Notes: generated by a model from the letters alone, not told the origin. DNA of 64,000 nucleotides from Ginsengibacter sp. (GCA_039935135.1 JBDTKU010000118.1:1234-65233); one strand, 5' to 3'. Shown: positions 9,495-20,581, counted from the stretch's first letter. Translations and numbers: made by a program.

Positions 9495-9968
9495 TTAAAA
9501 TCCTTCTGCTTCTGCAAATTTTCTTGAATCTGATTTCATTCTCACCACTTTGGAGGTGGTTGATTTTTTTACTTCTTCGCAAATTTGCCCTTTAGTAAAT
9601 CTTTGAGCACTCCACACATAATCAAGAACTACTTTTTCACCGGTTTCATATCCTCTTTCGATTAAAAAATCCCAGGAACCATTTCGATTCAAATCACTGA
9701 CAATTTTTGAAGCTTGTTTGGGAAATGCAATCCAAAGCTTGGTTTCATCATGCAATGCAGGGCACAATTCAGCAAATATTCTCTGAAGCTGTTTGGAGTT
9801 AAGTGCAAATACAAGTGCAAAATCAATTTTCCGGATTTTCAAGAGTTGAGTTACATTTTTTGAAAAAGAAAGCTTTGAAAACTGTTTCTCAATAGTGGAA
9901 GGAAGGCCCTGAATTAACAAATTTTTCTCATCCTCTAATTGCAACTTTTCAAACATTGTTTGAGACAT
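9495..9968 (-). CDS. Conserved hypothetical protein
   Basis: LWIAFPK..SKIVSDLNR..W and WSA.RF motifs; TAAATTTG promoter-like motif at 10080-10087 (minus). Confidence 0.75.
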   Translation of the reverse strand: MSQTMFEKLQLEDEKNLLIQGLPSTIEKQFSKLSFSKNVTQLLKIRKIDFALVFALNSKQLQRIFAELCPALHDETKLWIAFPKQASKIVSDLNRNGSWDFLIERGYETGEKVVLDYVWSAQRFTKGQICEEVKKSTTSKVVRMKSDSRKFAEAEGF

Positions 9969-10166
9969 AATGAAGGCAATATTTTAAAGATTAAAAAATA
10001 GTCTTCAAAAACTGCATGATTTTCTCCAAAAAAAAATAAAAAAAATCAAAATATAAAAAGGTGCAGCTAAAGACAGGGGCAAATTTACGAAAAAAAATTT
10101 TTACAGGCTAAAAATCTACCTGACTTTAACTTAACAGCATAAATCTATTATTTAATTTTTGAATTA

Positions 10167-10973
10167 TTATTTAACAGGTTTGTAATATTTTAACGCCTCA
10201 TCCATATATTTCTTCAATTTTTCAATTCTTTTTGAATCCAAAGGGTGACTACTCAAAATTTCGGGAGTCTTATTACCTGCGTTTAGTTTTGACATTCTTT
10301 CCCAAAGAGGAATAGCTTCTCTTGGATTGTATCCTGACATCGCTGCGAAAATTAATCCATAATGATCAGCTTCATATTCCTGCTGCCGCGAATTGGGGAG
10401 AAGAACCCCGATTTGAGCGGTAGGAGCATATATGGCATTGAAAATACTATTTACTTTGGGGCTGTTTTGGGTAAATAAATCAGCTCCAACCTGAACGCCC
10501 TGTGCCACTAAAGATTCGCTCATTCTTTCCTGCCCATGACGGGCAACTGCATGAGTAATTTCATGGCCCAGTACAATAGCCAGTCCCGCCTCATTCTGAG
10601 TGATAGGAAGCAAGCCTGTATAAACCACTACTTTCCCTCCAGGCATACACCAGGCATTCACTTCAGCGCTTTGGACCAGGTTGAATTCCCACTTATAACC
10701 ATCGAGAGCACTTGACATTCCTTTAGAAGCATAATACTTCGTGATAGCAGCCGCAATACGGCTTCCAACACGTTTTACCATTTCTGCATCCCGATTAGAA
10801 GAACTGCTTACCACTTTATTCTGAGATAGAAATGATTGATATTGAGTAATAGCTTCCTGTTGCAAAGTTGATTCAGGAATAAGCGATAATTGATTTCGCC
10901 CGGTAATCATATTTTTTGTACAGGCAGTAAGAAATATGGCTAAGGATAATATTACAACGTGCAACTTTTTCAT
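10167..10973 (-). CDS. M48 family metallopeptidase lipoprotein
   Basis: Lipobox LTAC, NAWCMPGG, HEITH zinc motif, EYEAD, SSHP. Confidence 0.92.
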   Translation of the reverse strand: MKKLHVVILSLAIFLTACTKNMITGRNQLSLIPESTLQQEAITQYQSFLSQNKVVSSSSNRDAEMVKRVGSRIAAAITKYYASKGMSSALDGYKWEFNLVQSAEVNAWCMPGGKVVVYTGLLPITQNEAGLAIVLGHEITHAVARHGQERMSESLVAQGVQVGADLFTQNSPKVNSIFNAIYAPTAQIGVLLPNSRQQEYEADHYGLIFAAMSGYNPREAIPLWERMSKLNAGNKTPEILSSHPLDSKRIEKLKKYMDEALKYYKPVK

Positions 10974-11083
10974 AAATTCTAAATTTTGTGAATTAAATAA
11001 ACAATTGATGTACCAAAAATGATATGGCACAAAAACAATAATTTTTAGACTAAAAAAAAGCGCAAAGTAAAAGCAAAAAAAAT

Positions 11084-11737
11084 TTAAAATTCTTTACGGT
11101 GGGATTTTCTGCGGTCGCGATGTTTTAAAATGGGGACACGGCCCTCATTTCCTTTGAGTAAACGGCTTATATTTTTCTGATGAGTAAGTAGTATAAGACA
11201 AGCAACCGCCACCGCAAACACCCTGTAAAAAACTTCCTGTTCATTGTAGATCCACAAAACGCAAATTGGAAGTGCCACACCGGCAAGGATGGAGCTTAGT
11301 GAAACATACCGGGTTAAATAAAGTACTAAAAGGAATACGCCTACACAATTAATTGCTACAATTGGCTGAATGGCCAAAACCATTCCAAATAAAGTAGCAA
11401 CGCCTTTACCACCTCTGAAATCGGCCCAGATAGGATATATATGGCCAATAACCGCGGCCAGGCCCAGGCCAAGCATCAGGTTAGTTCTGTCTAATTCATT
11501 AGTTAAATAATAAGGAAGTAAATTATAGAGAGAAACGGCTAAGATACCTTTTAACATATCACCGATCATCACTACAGTTCCGAATTTAGGACCCAAAACT
11601 CTGAAAGTATTAGTAGCTCCCATGTTTCCGCTGCCATATTCCCTGATGTCAATATTGAAAAAGCTTTTGCTAACAATCAATGCTGTTGGTATAGAACCAA
11701 TGAAGTAAGCGAGAATAATTAAAATGAATTCTTTCAT
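11084..11737 (-). CDS. plsY: Glycerol-3-phosphate acyltransferase PlsY
   Basis: GSGNMGATN, GHIYP..FRGGKGVAT, HQKNI motifs. Confidence 0.96.
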   Translation of the reverse strand: MKEFILIILAYFIGSIPTALIVSKSFFNIDIREYGSGNMGATNTFRVLGPKFGTVVMIGDMLKGILAVSLYNLLPYYLTNELDRTNLMLGLGLAAVIGHIYPIWADFRGGKGVATLFGMVLAIQPIVAINCVGVFLLVLYLTRYVSLSSILAGVALPICVLWIYNEQEVFYRVFAVAVACLILLTHQKNISRLLKGNEGRVPILKHRDRRKSHRKEF

Positions 11738-11822
11738 AATGGATGTATAATTCAAATCATAGGGGAAGCAAATATAACATTAAATCAATGCGATTCAGTC
11801 TTAATTTTGCTAAAAAATTGGA

Positions 11823-12638
11823 TCATATCTTCTTAAACAATATTGCGAGCCAATCTCCCTGTTGCCCGGTTTTTAGTTTAACAAACCCATGTTCTTCAAA
11901 TATATTAGTGATCTCATCCCTGTCATTTATGAGGAAACCGGATGCTAAAATTAACGAACCACTCTTTGTCGCTAATTGGATTGAAGATACTTCATTTTTT
12001 AACACATTCAAATTTATGTTTGCCAACATTATGTCCGATGCTTCAACGCCTGCAAGGCCTGTTTGTTGCCTAAGTTCAATATGGTGGCAACTATTTGCTT
12101 CAATATTTTCGACTGCGTTTTTAATACTCCATTCATCAAGATCAAGGGCTATAACACTGGATGCTCCGCATTTCTCAGCAAGAATGGCCAATACACCAGT
12201 GCCTGTTCCAAAATCAATGACCGAGTTATCATTAAAATTAATTGTCTCCATCATTTCAACCATTAAACGAGTAGTGGCATGATGACCGGTTCCAAAACTC
12301 ATTTTCGGAGTAATTATAAGATCATATTTTACATTGTTTATTACTGAAGTAAAAGATGGCCGAATAGCAACAAATTTATTTATGATAACCGGCTTTATCC
12401 CGCTCTCCCACTGGCTGTTCCAGTTTTCTTCTTTAATAGTCTCCCGGGTAAAAATCGTTTTTGGTGATAAAATATTTTTTAGTTTTACCTCATCAAAATC
12501 TTCCTCCTTTATGTAAGCATTTAGCAAGTTTTCCACTTCCTCAAAGGCATAAAAACTGATTTCTGAAAGTTCAGCAATTAATATTTCCGTCCGCTCTGCA
12601 GACTCAATTTCAATTTTTATTTTTAAATACTTTTTCAT
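11823..12638 (-). CDS. prmA: Ribosomal protein L11 methyltransferase
   Basis: PKMSFGTGHHATT, DFGTGTGVLAI, ANIN. Confidence 0.95.
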   Translation of the reverse strand: MKKYLKIKIEIESAERTEILIAELSEISFYAFEEVENLLNAYIKEEDFDEVKLKNILSPKTIFTRETIKEENWNSQWESGIKPVIINKFVAIRPSFTSVINNVKYDLIITPKMSFGTGHHATTRLMVEMMETINFNDNSVIDFGTGTGVLAILAEKCGASSVIALDLDEWSIKNAVENIEANSCHHIELRQQTGLAGVEASDIMLANINLNVLKNEVSSIQLATKSGSLILASGFLINDRDEITNIFEEHGFVKLKTGQQGDWLAILFKKI

Positions 12639-12689
12639 AAAAAAAAGCCTGTAGTAAATACAAGCTTTTAAATAAATTTTGATAAAAAA

Positions 12690-14846
12690 TTATTGTTCTC
12701 TATGCGGCCTGTTTTGTGGTGCTGAACTGGGTTCAGGCTTTGGCAATAAGGCTTTTCTGCTCAGTTTAAATTTACCGGTTTTTGGATCAACCCCGATCAA
12801 CTTCACTTTAATTTTATCTCCTTCCTGGAAAATATTATCCATATTTTCAAGTCTTTTCCACATGATCTCTGAAATGTGCAGCAATCCCTGTTTGTTAGGT
12901 AAAAATTCAATAAAGGCACCAAATTCCTTAATTCCTTTTACAGTGCCTTCATAAACATCTCCCACTTCGGGAACAGCCACGATGCTGTTTACCCACGCAA
13001 CCGCCTGGTCAAGGCTTTCTTTATTAGCAGAAAAAATACTTACTTCACCCGTTTTTCCCACTTCGGTAATATTGATAGTCGCGCCAGTAGTTTTTTGAAT
13101 TTCCTGGATTATTTTGCCTCCGGGTCCGATTACAGCTCCAATAAATTCGGAATCAATAATCAGTTTTTCCATCCGCGGAGCATGTGGTTTTACATCCGCA
13201 TTATGTTCAGGAATGCAATTGTACATGGCATCCAGGATGTGCATCCTGCCTTTTTTTGCCTGTTCAAGTGCCTGTCTCATTACATCCATACTCAGGCCAT
13301 CCACTTTAATATCCATTTGCACACCGCAAATACCCTCTCTTGTTCCTGTTACTTTAAAATCCATATCGCCTAAATGATCTTCATCACCAAGTATATCAGA
13401 AAGAATGGCAAACTCATCGCCCTTAGATATCAATCCCATTGCAATTCCACTCACGTGTTTTTTAAAAGGAACGCCTGCGTCCATCAACGCCAAAGAACCT
13501 GCGCAAACAGTTGCCATAGAAGAAGAACCATTACTTTCTAATATATCACTTACTACACGAACTGTATAAGGATATTCACTTCCGGGCATAATTTGTTTTA
13601 AAGAACGCATTGCCAAATTACCATGCCCCACCTCACGACGACCTACACCGCGCATCATTTTTACTTCGCCGGTTGAAAAAGGAGGAAAATTATAGTGCAA
13701 AATAAATTTAGAATAATTGCTCGATGCGGCACTTTCGACTAACAATTCGTCAAGTGGAGTTCCTAAGGTCACAGTTGTTAATGATTGTGTTTCGCCACGG
13801 GTAAATAGAGCAGAACCATGCGGAGATGGCAAAATACTGACTTCCATAGTAAGTGGCCTGATTTCTTCAAGACCACGTCCATCAAGGCGCTTCCTGGTTT
13901 CCAACATCATATCCCGAACAACATGGTATTGCAATTCGCCAAAATAATATTTAATTAATGACTTGTCTTCATCCGGCAATTCTTCTCCAAGATATTCTTT
14001 AGTCTCTTCAAGCAATTTATCAAAGGCTTCTTTTCTTTCATTTTTAGCAGTAGCTATCGAAGCTATTCCAAGCATTTTATCCTTTGCAAATGCAATTATC
14101 TTTGCATCCAGTTCTTCATTTCTATAAGGCTTTGTATAATCACGTTTTTCTTTAACACCAGCTTTGTTCCTTAATTCTTCCTGGGCCTTTACCTGAATTT
14201 TTATAGCATTATGAGCCACTTCAATAGCTTTCACAAGATCTTCCTCCTGGCATTCTTTTCCTTCGCCTTCCACCATCATAATGTTTTTGTCAGTGGCAGC
14301 AATAAGAAACTCAAGATCAGCTACCTCTAATTGGCTGCGCGTTGGGTTTACCACAAACTGACCATCCACCTTGCCTACCCTAACCTCAGAAATAATCGCC
14401 TGAATTGGAATGTCTGAAACAGCTAAGGCAGCCGATGCTGCAAGGCAAGCCATTGCATCCGGCATTATTTCGGGATCACTGGAAACCAGCGACACCAAAA
14501 CCTGGACATCACATAAATAATCATCGGGAAACAATGGCCTTAATGCCCTGTCTATTAATCTTGAAGTCAAAACTTCATAATCATTTAACCTGGCCTCTCT
14601 CTTGAAAAACGAGCCGGGAATCCTTCCGGCAGAAGCGAATTTTTCCTGATAATCAACAATTAAGGGGAAAAATGACTGGCCTACTTTTGGTTCCTGGTTG
14701 GCAACCACTGTTGCTAATATAATGCAATTGCCTAATTGCACTGTCACTGCACCATCCGCTTGTCGGGCTAGTTTACCAGTTTCAATAGTAACCATACGGC
14801 CATCGCCGATATCAAAGGTTACATTTATAGGGTTTGGAGTATTCAT
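12690..14846 (-). CDS. pnp: Polyribonucleotide nucleotidyltransferase
   Basis: Two RNase PH domains, RREVGHG, ESNGSSSMA, GDMDFK, KH and S1 domains. Confidence 0.98.
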   Translation of the reverse strand: MNTPNPINVTFDIGDGRMVTIETGKLARQADGAVTVQLGNCIILATVVANQEPKVGQSFFPLIVDYQEKFASAGRIPGSFFKREARLNDYEVLTSRLIDRALRPLFPDDYLCDVQVLVSLVSSDPEIMPDAMACLAASAALAVSDIPIQAIISEVRVGKVDGQFVVNPTRSQLEVADLEFLIAATDKNIMMVEGEGKECQEEDLVKAIEVAHNAIKIQVKAQEELRNKAGVKEKRDYTKPYRNEELDAKIIAFAKDKMLGIASIATAKNERKEAFDKLLEETKEYLGEELPDEDKSLIKYYFGELQYHVVRDMMLETRKRLDGRGLEEIRPLTMEVSILPSPHGSALFTRGETQSLTTVTLGTPLDELLVESAASSNYSKFILHYNFPPFSTGEVKMMRGVGRREVGHGNLAMRSLKQIMPGSEYPYTVRVVSDILESNGSSSMATVCAGSLALMDAGVPFKKHVSGIAMGLISKGDEFAILSDILGDEDHLGDMDFKVTGTREGICGVQMDIKVDGLSMDVMRQALEQAKKGRMHILDAMYNCIPEHNADVKPHAPRMEKLIIDSEFIGAVIGPGGKIIQEIQKTTGATINITEVGKTGEVSIFSANKESLDQAVAWVNSIVAVPEVGDVYEGTVKGIKEFGAFIEFLPNKQGLLHISEIMWKRLENMDNIFQEGDKIKVKLIGVDPKTGKFKLSRKALLPKPEPSSAPQNRPHREQ

Positions 14847-14862
14847 CTTTTTTAATTAGTTT

Positions 14863-14904
14863 AAAAAAAAGTATTCCCAACCGTATTAATCAGTTGGGAA
14901 TGCT
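14863..14904 (-). terminator. Intrinsic terminator after rpsO
   Basis: ATTCCCAAC/GTTGGGAAT stem followed on the minus strand by a U-run. Confidence 0.7.
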
Positions 14905-14930
14905 AACAATATGATTTATTATTTAATAAA

Positions 14931-15203
14931 TTATTTACGGAGTCCTAACTTTTCAATTAATGCACGATATCCACTCAAATTATGCTTGTTTAAATAGGCT
15001 AATAAACTTTTCCTTTTACCAACCATTTGCATCAGACCACGCTGGGTACTAAAATCCTTTTTATTTTGACTTAAATGCTTTGATATATGATTGATCTTTT
15101 CAGTCAAAATAGCTACCTGCGCATCTATTGATCCTGTATTTTTTTCATCACCACCAAATTCCTTAAAGTATTTTACTCTGCTTTCTGAAGTTATATACGA
15201 CAT
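14931..15203 (-). CDS. rpsO: 30S ribosomal protein S15
   Basis: NTGS..QVAILT, KKDFSTQRGL, LGLRK; upstream of pnp. Confidence 0.98.
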   Translation of the reverse strand: MSYITSESRVKYFKEFGGDEKNTGSIDAQVAILTEKINHISKHLSQNKKDFSTQRGLMQMVGKRKSLLAYLNKHNLSGYRALIEKLGLRK

Positions 15204-15232
15204 CTTTTTGAAATAATTTTTACAATTGGGTG

Positions 15233-15240
15233 CAAATGTA
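15233..15240 (-). promoter_or_regulatory. Bacteroidetes -7 promoter element of rpsO
   Basis: TACATTTG matches TAnnTTTG about 30 bp upstream of start. Confidence 0.65.
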
Positions 15241-15299
15241 CTATTATATTTTGATTTTTAACATAGTGCGAATCTTATTTTTTTAAAAATATCACCTAA

Positions 15300-15845
15300 T
15301 TATACAATGTTATTTTGCTCCTTACCACGCAATGATTTTAGATTTAAATCATATAAGGCTATAAATATCAAACCGAAAAAATTGTTAAAAGATGTTGCAC
15401 CTACTGCTATCAGATCATTACCAAACAAGTAGAAAGGTACCCACAATGCAATGGCCACACCAACAATATATAAATAGAATCCGGATCTTTTAAGATTCCA
15501 CATTAATATAGCACCCGCCAAAGTAAATAATGCCGCTATCAAATTTCCAATAGCAAGATTTCGCATATTGTCCTTTTGCAGGATTTTCGCAAACGAATGT
15601 TTTATTTTTTCTGAAAATGCATTCCCTTCTTTGTGAGCGACAGCCGGTGAATCAATTTTTAGAGTGTCTTTTTTTGAAACACTTTCTTTCGCAAAAATAT
15701 TGGCATATTTATCTGCTGAAGTAAAAGTGTAAACACTGCTAACAATTGCCCAACCGCTTCCAATAAAAGTTAGAATGCAGAGCCACGTAAGAAAGGAAGG
15801 TCTTCTAGCTGGCTCTGATTCATAATCGTAATTATAATTTGTCAT
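15300..15845 (-). CDS. Hypothetical membrane protein
   Basis: RPSFLTWLCILTFIGS start, GAILMWNLKRSGFYLY; four hydrophobic segments. Confidence 0.8.
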   Translation of the reverse strand: MTNYNYDYESEPARRPSFLTWLCILTFIGSGWAIVSSVYTFTSADKYANIFAKESVSKKDTLKIDSPAVAHKEGNAFSEKIKHSFAKILQKDNMRNLAIGNLIAALFTLAGAILMWNLKRSGFYLYIVGVAIALWVPFYLFGNDLIAVGATSFNNFFGLIFIALYDLNLKSLRGKEQNNIV

Positions 15846-16141
15846 CCAATACTTTGAAATTGCAAAATAATGCATCTTAAAAAAATAAATGCATATTTAT
15901 TCAAAAAAGAATTAAGTCCCGCTGCAGTTCTTATAAAGTTTTCTTTTGAAAATTGGATATGCTTCCAGCAATATCAAAACCAGGCCACGAATACAAATCC
16001 CCGTCCATCCGCCCTTGCTCCAAATTATAAGATAAGTTGGTAACGCCAACGACTACACATTTCATAATAAGGTATTTAAGTTTGGGAGTTAAAGTTGATT
16101 TTGGAACTAATTAAGAAATTTGCATTTTTATCAAAAAAAAG

Positions 16142-16175
16142 AAAATAGGAAATTGAAATATTTGTTGGTTTACTG
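16142..16175 (+). repeat. 34-bp dispersed site, copy F
   Basis: AAAATAGGAAA TTGAA ATATTTGTTGGTTTACTG. Confidence 0.85.
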
Positions 16176-16631
16176 TAAAAATGGAAAATTAATGGCTGTA
16201 TTTTTCAACTCCGGCAGCAGGCTTCCAACCATACTTAGGTTCAAAATAACATACATGCCGGGAATTCCATGAAAAGGATCCAATAGTTCCTTCAATTCTT
16301 TTTTAAGTCTCTTATCTGTTTGGTATTAACTATAAGTGGCGGAAGGTGATATCATTATAATCAGAAATAGTATAGAATAAAGAAAAGGCTTTTCACTAAA
16401 ACTTTTTTCCGAAAAATACGCATTTCTAAAAGAAGATTTGTGAGAATAAAAATTTCACAAGATTAAAATACCAAAAAAAAAATTATTAAAATCACTTTAA
16501 ACCTTTGTATAAATTTTGTATCTAAGACGAGGGTGATTGTTGAACTTTCCACTAAAAAATATTAACAATAATTGCCACGCAAATAAATTAAATTTGGTAA
16601 AGGTTCATTAAACACATTAATTATCAACAAA

Positions 16632-17795
16632 ATGAAAAGCATATTTAAAATATTATCGCTTACCATTTTCCTTGCAGGCTTTCTTAATTATGCAGAGGCC
16701 CAAAGAACGAGAGAAATGAGAGGGCAAGGAAATGCGAGCGCATCAAGAAGCGAATCCCGCCCTTCTTCCTCTGCACGCCAGATGGAAGCAAGATCTGCAC
16801 CTTCAAGATCATTTAGTAGCAGTTCCTCTTCAAGAGTTCAACAACAGCAGCCAACAAGGGCAACGACTTACAGGCAAACGCCTGAAAGAAATGTAAATAA
16901 TGATAGAAATGTTACTTCGAGAAGTTTGCAAAACTCTTCCAATAGCCAAAGAGTGTTTTCCCAACCTGTAAACCGAAATCCGACTAACGAAAGACTGATC
17001 GTTTCGCGCAACAATAATAACAGCGTTTCCAGGAATAATTATTATGATAGAAACCGGAGTGTATCACGTAATGTTTCTCAAAATAGTTATCGATATAATA
17101 ATTACAATAATCTTTATAGCTCTAATCGGTACGGTTACAACTATCATTATTATGGAAATGTTTACGGAAGAAGAACGAGATTTATATATGGGCCACGCTA
17201 CAGAATAATCCCTCATAGTTTTATTTCAATCCATTTTGGCGGATATCCATATTATTATAATAATGGATATTATTATGGGTATTATGGAGGATATTATCAA
17301 CCTCTATTTCCACCTTTCGGATTGCAGATTAATGTACTGCCTATTGGGTATTCAAGATTATTTTTGGGAGAGATACCTTATTACTATTATGGCGGAATTT
17401 ATTACAGACAATATGAAGATTCATACCAGGTGGTGGATGCTCCCATGGGGGCTATGGTTTCCTCTCTTCCTGAAGGAGCGCGGTCTGTCCTCATAAATGG
17501 GGAAAAATTATACGAATTAAACGGAACCTATTATAAAGCTGACAGTGATGAAAAGGGAAATGATGTGTTTATCGTTGTGGGGAAAAATGGAGTAATTAAC
17601 AATACTTCAACCGATGGAAGCAGCATGATCACGCCTCCGGTATCACTACAAATTGGAGATGTTCTTTCTCAGCTTCCTGCAGATTCTAAAATTGTAACTA
17701 TAAACGGGCAGCAGATGTATGAAACGCCGGATAATGTTTATCTCCGTGAAGATAATATCAATGGCGTGAGTCAATACGAAGTAGTAGGCAAATAA
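16632..17795 (+). CDS. Exported DUF6515-like protein with S/R/N/Y-rich low-complexity N-terminal half
   Basis: Signal peptide; repeated YYY..G.YY and LP..S..V.ING..YE units; TAAATTTG at 16589-16596. Confidence 0.7.
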   Translation: MKSIFKILSLTIFLAGFLNYAEAQRTREMRGQGNASASRSESRPSSSARQMEARSAPSRSFSSSSSSRVQQQQPTRATTYRQTPERNVNNDRNVTSRSLQNSSNSQRVFSQPVNRNPTNERLIVSRNNNNSVSRNNYYDRNRSVSRNVSQNSYRYNNYNNLYSSNRYGYNYHYYGNVYGRRTRFIYGPRYRIIPHSFISIHFGGYPYYYNNGYYYGYYGGYYQPLFPPFGLQINVLPIGYSRLFLGEIPYYYYGGIYYRQYEDSYQVVDAPMGAMVSSLPEGARSVLINGEKLYELNGTYYKADSDEKGNDVFIVVGKNGVINNTSTDGSSMITPPVSLQIGDVLSQLPADSKIVTINGQQMYETPDNVYLREDNINGVSQYEVVGK

Positions 17796-17817
17796 ATTTT
17801 AGGTTTTTTTATTTTTT

Positions 17818-17844
17818 AAACCGGCAGCATTTGCCGGTTTTTTT
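17818..17844 (+). terminator. Intrinsic terminator
   Basis: AAACCGGCA-gcatt-TGCCGGTTT followed by T-run. Confidence 0.85.
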
Positions 17845-18040
17845 ATGGGAGAAATTTTCTATCCTAATTCATGAACGTTAAAGTTATCCCTATAAATCTT
17901 TTAATGGATGAACGGTATAATTTTGGTGGCAATATTTTAATATATTAAGTCATTTCACTATTCTTGTTACCGTTTAAAAAACATAGATTTTTTTCCTGGG
18001 CTGATTATTTATTTTTGAATCAATTGAACATTAAATTATA

Positions 18041-20581
18041 ATGAGATATTTAATTCTACTCTTTTCTTTGGCTTTTATTGTTAATAATGTCTCCGCACAA
18101 ATAGAAAAGGAACCTTTGCCCATCCAGGATGCTACAGATATACAAATAAAGAGCTCAAACACGATTTTGGGAAGAGTAGTGGATATTCAAACCAACAAGG
18201 GAATAAATGCTGCTTCGGTTCAGTTGTTCGCGGCAAAAAGCGATTCACTCATTGCGGTAATGCTGACCAAACCCAACGGAGATTTTGATTTAACGAATAT
18301 TCCACCTTTGGTAAATTTTCGTATTGAAATATCTGCGGTAGGCTATACGCTTTACAACCATGTATTTTCTTATAAAAATAAAATTGACACAGAATCTATT
18401 CATAAGGATTTGGGAAATATTGTGATGGCCCGGACCAATGAAAAATTGGAAACTGTTACTATAGTTGCGCAGCGGCCTGCTTTAAGATTAGGAATTGATA
18501 AAAAGATTTTTGACGTAGATAAAAGTATCACTTCAAAAGGAGGAACAGCAATAGATGTGATGAAAAACATTCCATCCGTATCGGTGGATGTGGATGGAAA
18601 TGTGCAATTAAGGAATTCAAGCCCAACGATCTTTGTTGACGGCCGCCCCACGATTCTCACACTTGACCAAATTTCTTCTGACGATATTGACCGGATAGAA
18701 ATTATTACCAATCCTTCAGCAAAATACGATGCTTCATCCACTGGAGGAATTATCAATGTGATTTTAAAGAAAGACAAACGGTATGGATTGAACGGGCTCG
18801 TTTCCTTAAGCGGTGGTGTTCCCTCAAGGTATTCCGGAAACATCAACCTGAACTTACGCCAGGGAAAATTTAATTTTTTCGTGAGCACTAATTATAATTA
18901 TGGGAACAATGATGGACATGGAAAAAGCTTCAGACAAAATAAAAGTGAAGGCGTCGTTGAAAATTATTTTAACCAGCATTCTCTCAACAATCGCACACGG
19001 GAATTTTTTGGAATAAGAGGTGGCGTAGATTTTTTCCTGGATAACAGGAACACGTTTACTTTATCACAAGGATATGTAAACGGTAAGTTTTCCAATAGTC
19101 AAAACCAGGACCAGGAATATTATAATAACGACAATCAATTAACGCAAACTGGCATAAGGACATCAGCAGGCCATTTCCAGTTTAAAAGAAACAGTTCTTC
19201 ATTATATTATACTCACAAATTTCCGAAGGAAGGAGAAACCATAGATGCGAGCGTAAAAGTAAATTATGGTGGCGTCACTGACGATAATATTATCAATAAT
19301 AATTTTTATGATCCTACAGGTTCTATAATGGATATTCCAAGCCTCGTACAAGATGATGGAGCAAATAGTAACAGCCAGGTAACAGCTAAAATCGATTACG
19401 TAAATCCTTTAGGTGATGACAAAAAGCTGGAAGCCGGGGTGCGCAGCTACTCTAATGATTACACAAGTCATTTCAATTCTTATTCAGTAAAAAATGATGA
19501 AAAAACCAAACTACCGTTGAGTAATAATTATGAATATGTTGAAAATATACAAGCTGCTTATATCACCTATACAGGGAAATTAAAAAGCATCGGATACCAG
19601 GCAGGATTAAGAGGTGAGTATTCAAAATTTGCCGGAATGCTGCTTGATAGCGCCAAAAAATTTGGATATGAATATCCTTCAAAGCTTGAAAATATCTGGG
19701 ACGCGCTTTTCCCCAGTCTCTATTTGTCAAAAAAAATAAATGAGACTGATGAATTGCAATTAAATTATTCCAGGAGAATCAGAAGGCCAAATTTCTGGCA
19801 GTTGAATCCTTTTATTGATATCAATGACCCACTGAATATTCAACAAGGGAATCCTCAATTGAAACCAGAATACAGTAATTCATTTGAATTTAATTATAGT
19901 AAAAATTTCAAGAATAACAGCAATTTTCTGGCAAGTATTTATTATCGAAATACTACTGGCGATATCACAAGATATAGCGATACTTTAACTGCCACACAGT
20001 ACGAACAGCTTCGTAGCGCAAGCGTGGATCCTAATGCCATTTTGAATACTTACATTAATGCAGAAAGCACTAATCGCGCAGGTTTAGAACTGACTTTGCA
20101 ACAAAAGTTTAGCGATAATTTTGATATAACGCCTAATATCAATGTTGGATATCGGAAAGTAAATGCCAATCAAAATTCCGTGGACCTGAGTAACAAAGGA
20201 TTTGATTTTAGCGCAAAATTTACTTCCAATTATAAAATAACAACAAAACATCCATCTAATGCTTTCAACAAATTGAGTTTTCAATTGACTGCAGAGTATC
20301 GCTCTCCAAGTGTCATTCCGCAGGGAAAAAGGTTGGAAAGATTTAGCTCTGATTTCGCGTTGAAAAAAGATCTGTTCAAAAATAACCGGGGCTCAATTAC
20401 ATTTAGCGTAGAAGATATTTTTAATACTCACAGATATGGAGTTATTTATGACACACCTACTTTTTACCAGGAAACTTATAACAGGCGCCATGTAAGAAGT
20501 TTCAGACTCACTTTTGGCTATAAATTTGGCAATTCTGATTTTAGTTTATTCAGAAAAAATAATGATCGGGAAGATAGTTAA
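18041..20581 (+). CDS. TonB-dependent receptor / outer-membrane beta-barrel protein
   Basis: Carboxypeptidase-regulatory-like N-domain, plug IEIITNPSAKYDA..GGIINVILKK, GNPQLKPE, terminal barrel strand. Confidence 0.9.
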   Translation: MRYLILLFSLAFIVNNVSAQIEKEPLPIQDATDIQIKSSNTILGRVVDIQTNKGINAASVQLFAAKSDSLIAVMLTKPNGDFDLTNIPPLVNFRIEISAVGYTLYNHVFSYKNKIDTESIHKDLGNIVMARTNEKLETVTIVAQRPALRLGIDKKIFDVDKSITSKGGTAIDVMKNIPSVSVDVDGNVQLRNSSPTIFVDGRPTILTLDQISSDDIDRIEIITNPSAKYDASSTGGIINVILKKDKRYGLNGLVSLSGGVPSRYSGNINLNLRQGKFNFFVSTNYNYGNNDGHGKSFRQNKSEGVVENYFNQHSLNNRTREFFGIRGGVDFFLDNRNTFTLSQGYVNGKFSNSQNQDQEYYNNDNQLTQTGIRTSAGHFQFKRNSSSLYYTHKFPKEGETIDASVKVNYGGVTDDNIINNNFYDPTGSIMDIPSLVQDDGANSNSQVTAKIDYVNPLGDDKKLEAGVRSYSNDYTSHFNSYSVKNDEKTKLPLSNNYEYVENIQAAYITYTGKLKSIGYQAGLRGEYSKFAGMLLDSAKKFGYEYPSKLENIWDALFPSLYLSKKINETDELQLNYSRRIRRPNFWQLNPFIDINDPLNIQQGNPQLKPEYSNSFEFNYSKNFKNNSNFLASIYYRNTTGDITRYSDTLTATQYEQLRSASVDPNAILNTYINAESTNRAGLELTLQQKFSDNFDITPNINVGYRKVNANQNSVDLSNKGFDFSAKFTSNYKITTKHPSNAFNKLSFQLTAEYRSPSVIPQGKRLERFSSDFALKKDLFKNNRGSITFSVEDIFNTHRYGVIYDTPTFYQETYNRRHVRSFRLTFGYKFGNSDFSLFRKNNDREDS

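Noticed and set aside
11743-12282. 179-aa + strand ORF and the many similar antisense ORFs over pnp, act, cox and susC
   Set aside because: Antisense or alternate-frame shadows of well-supported genes, with no recognisable motifs.
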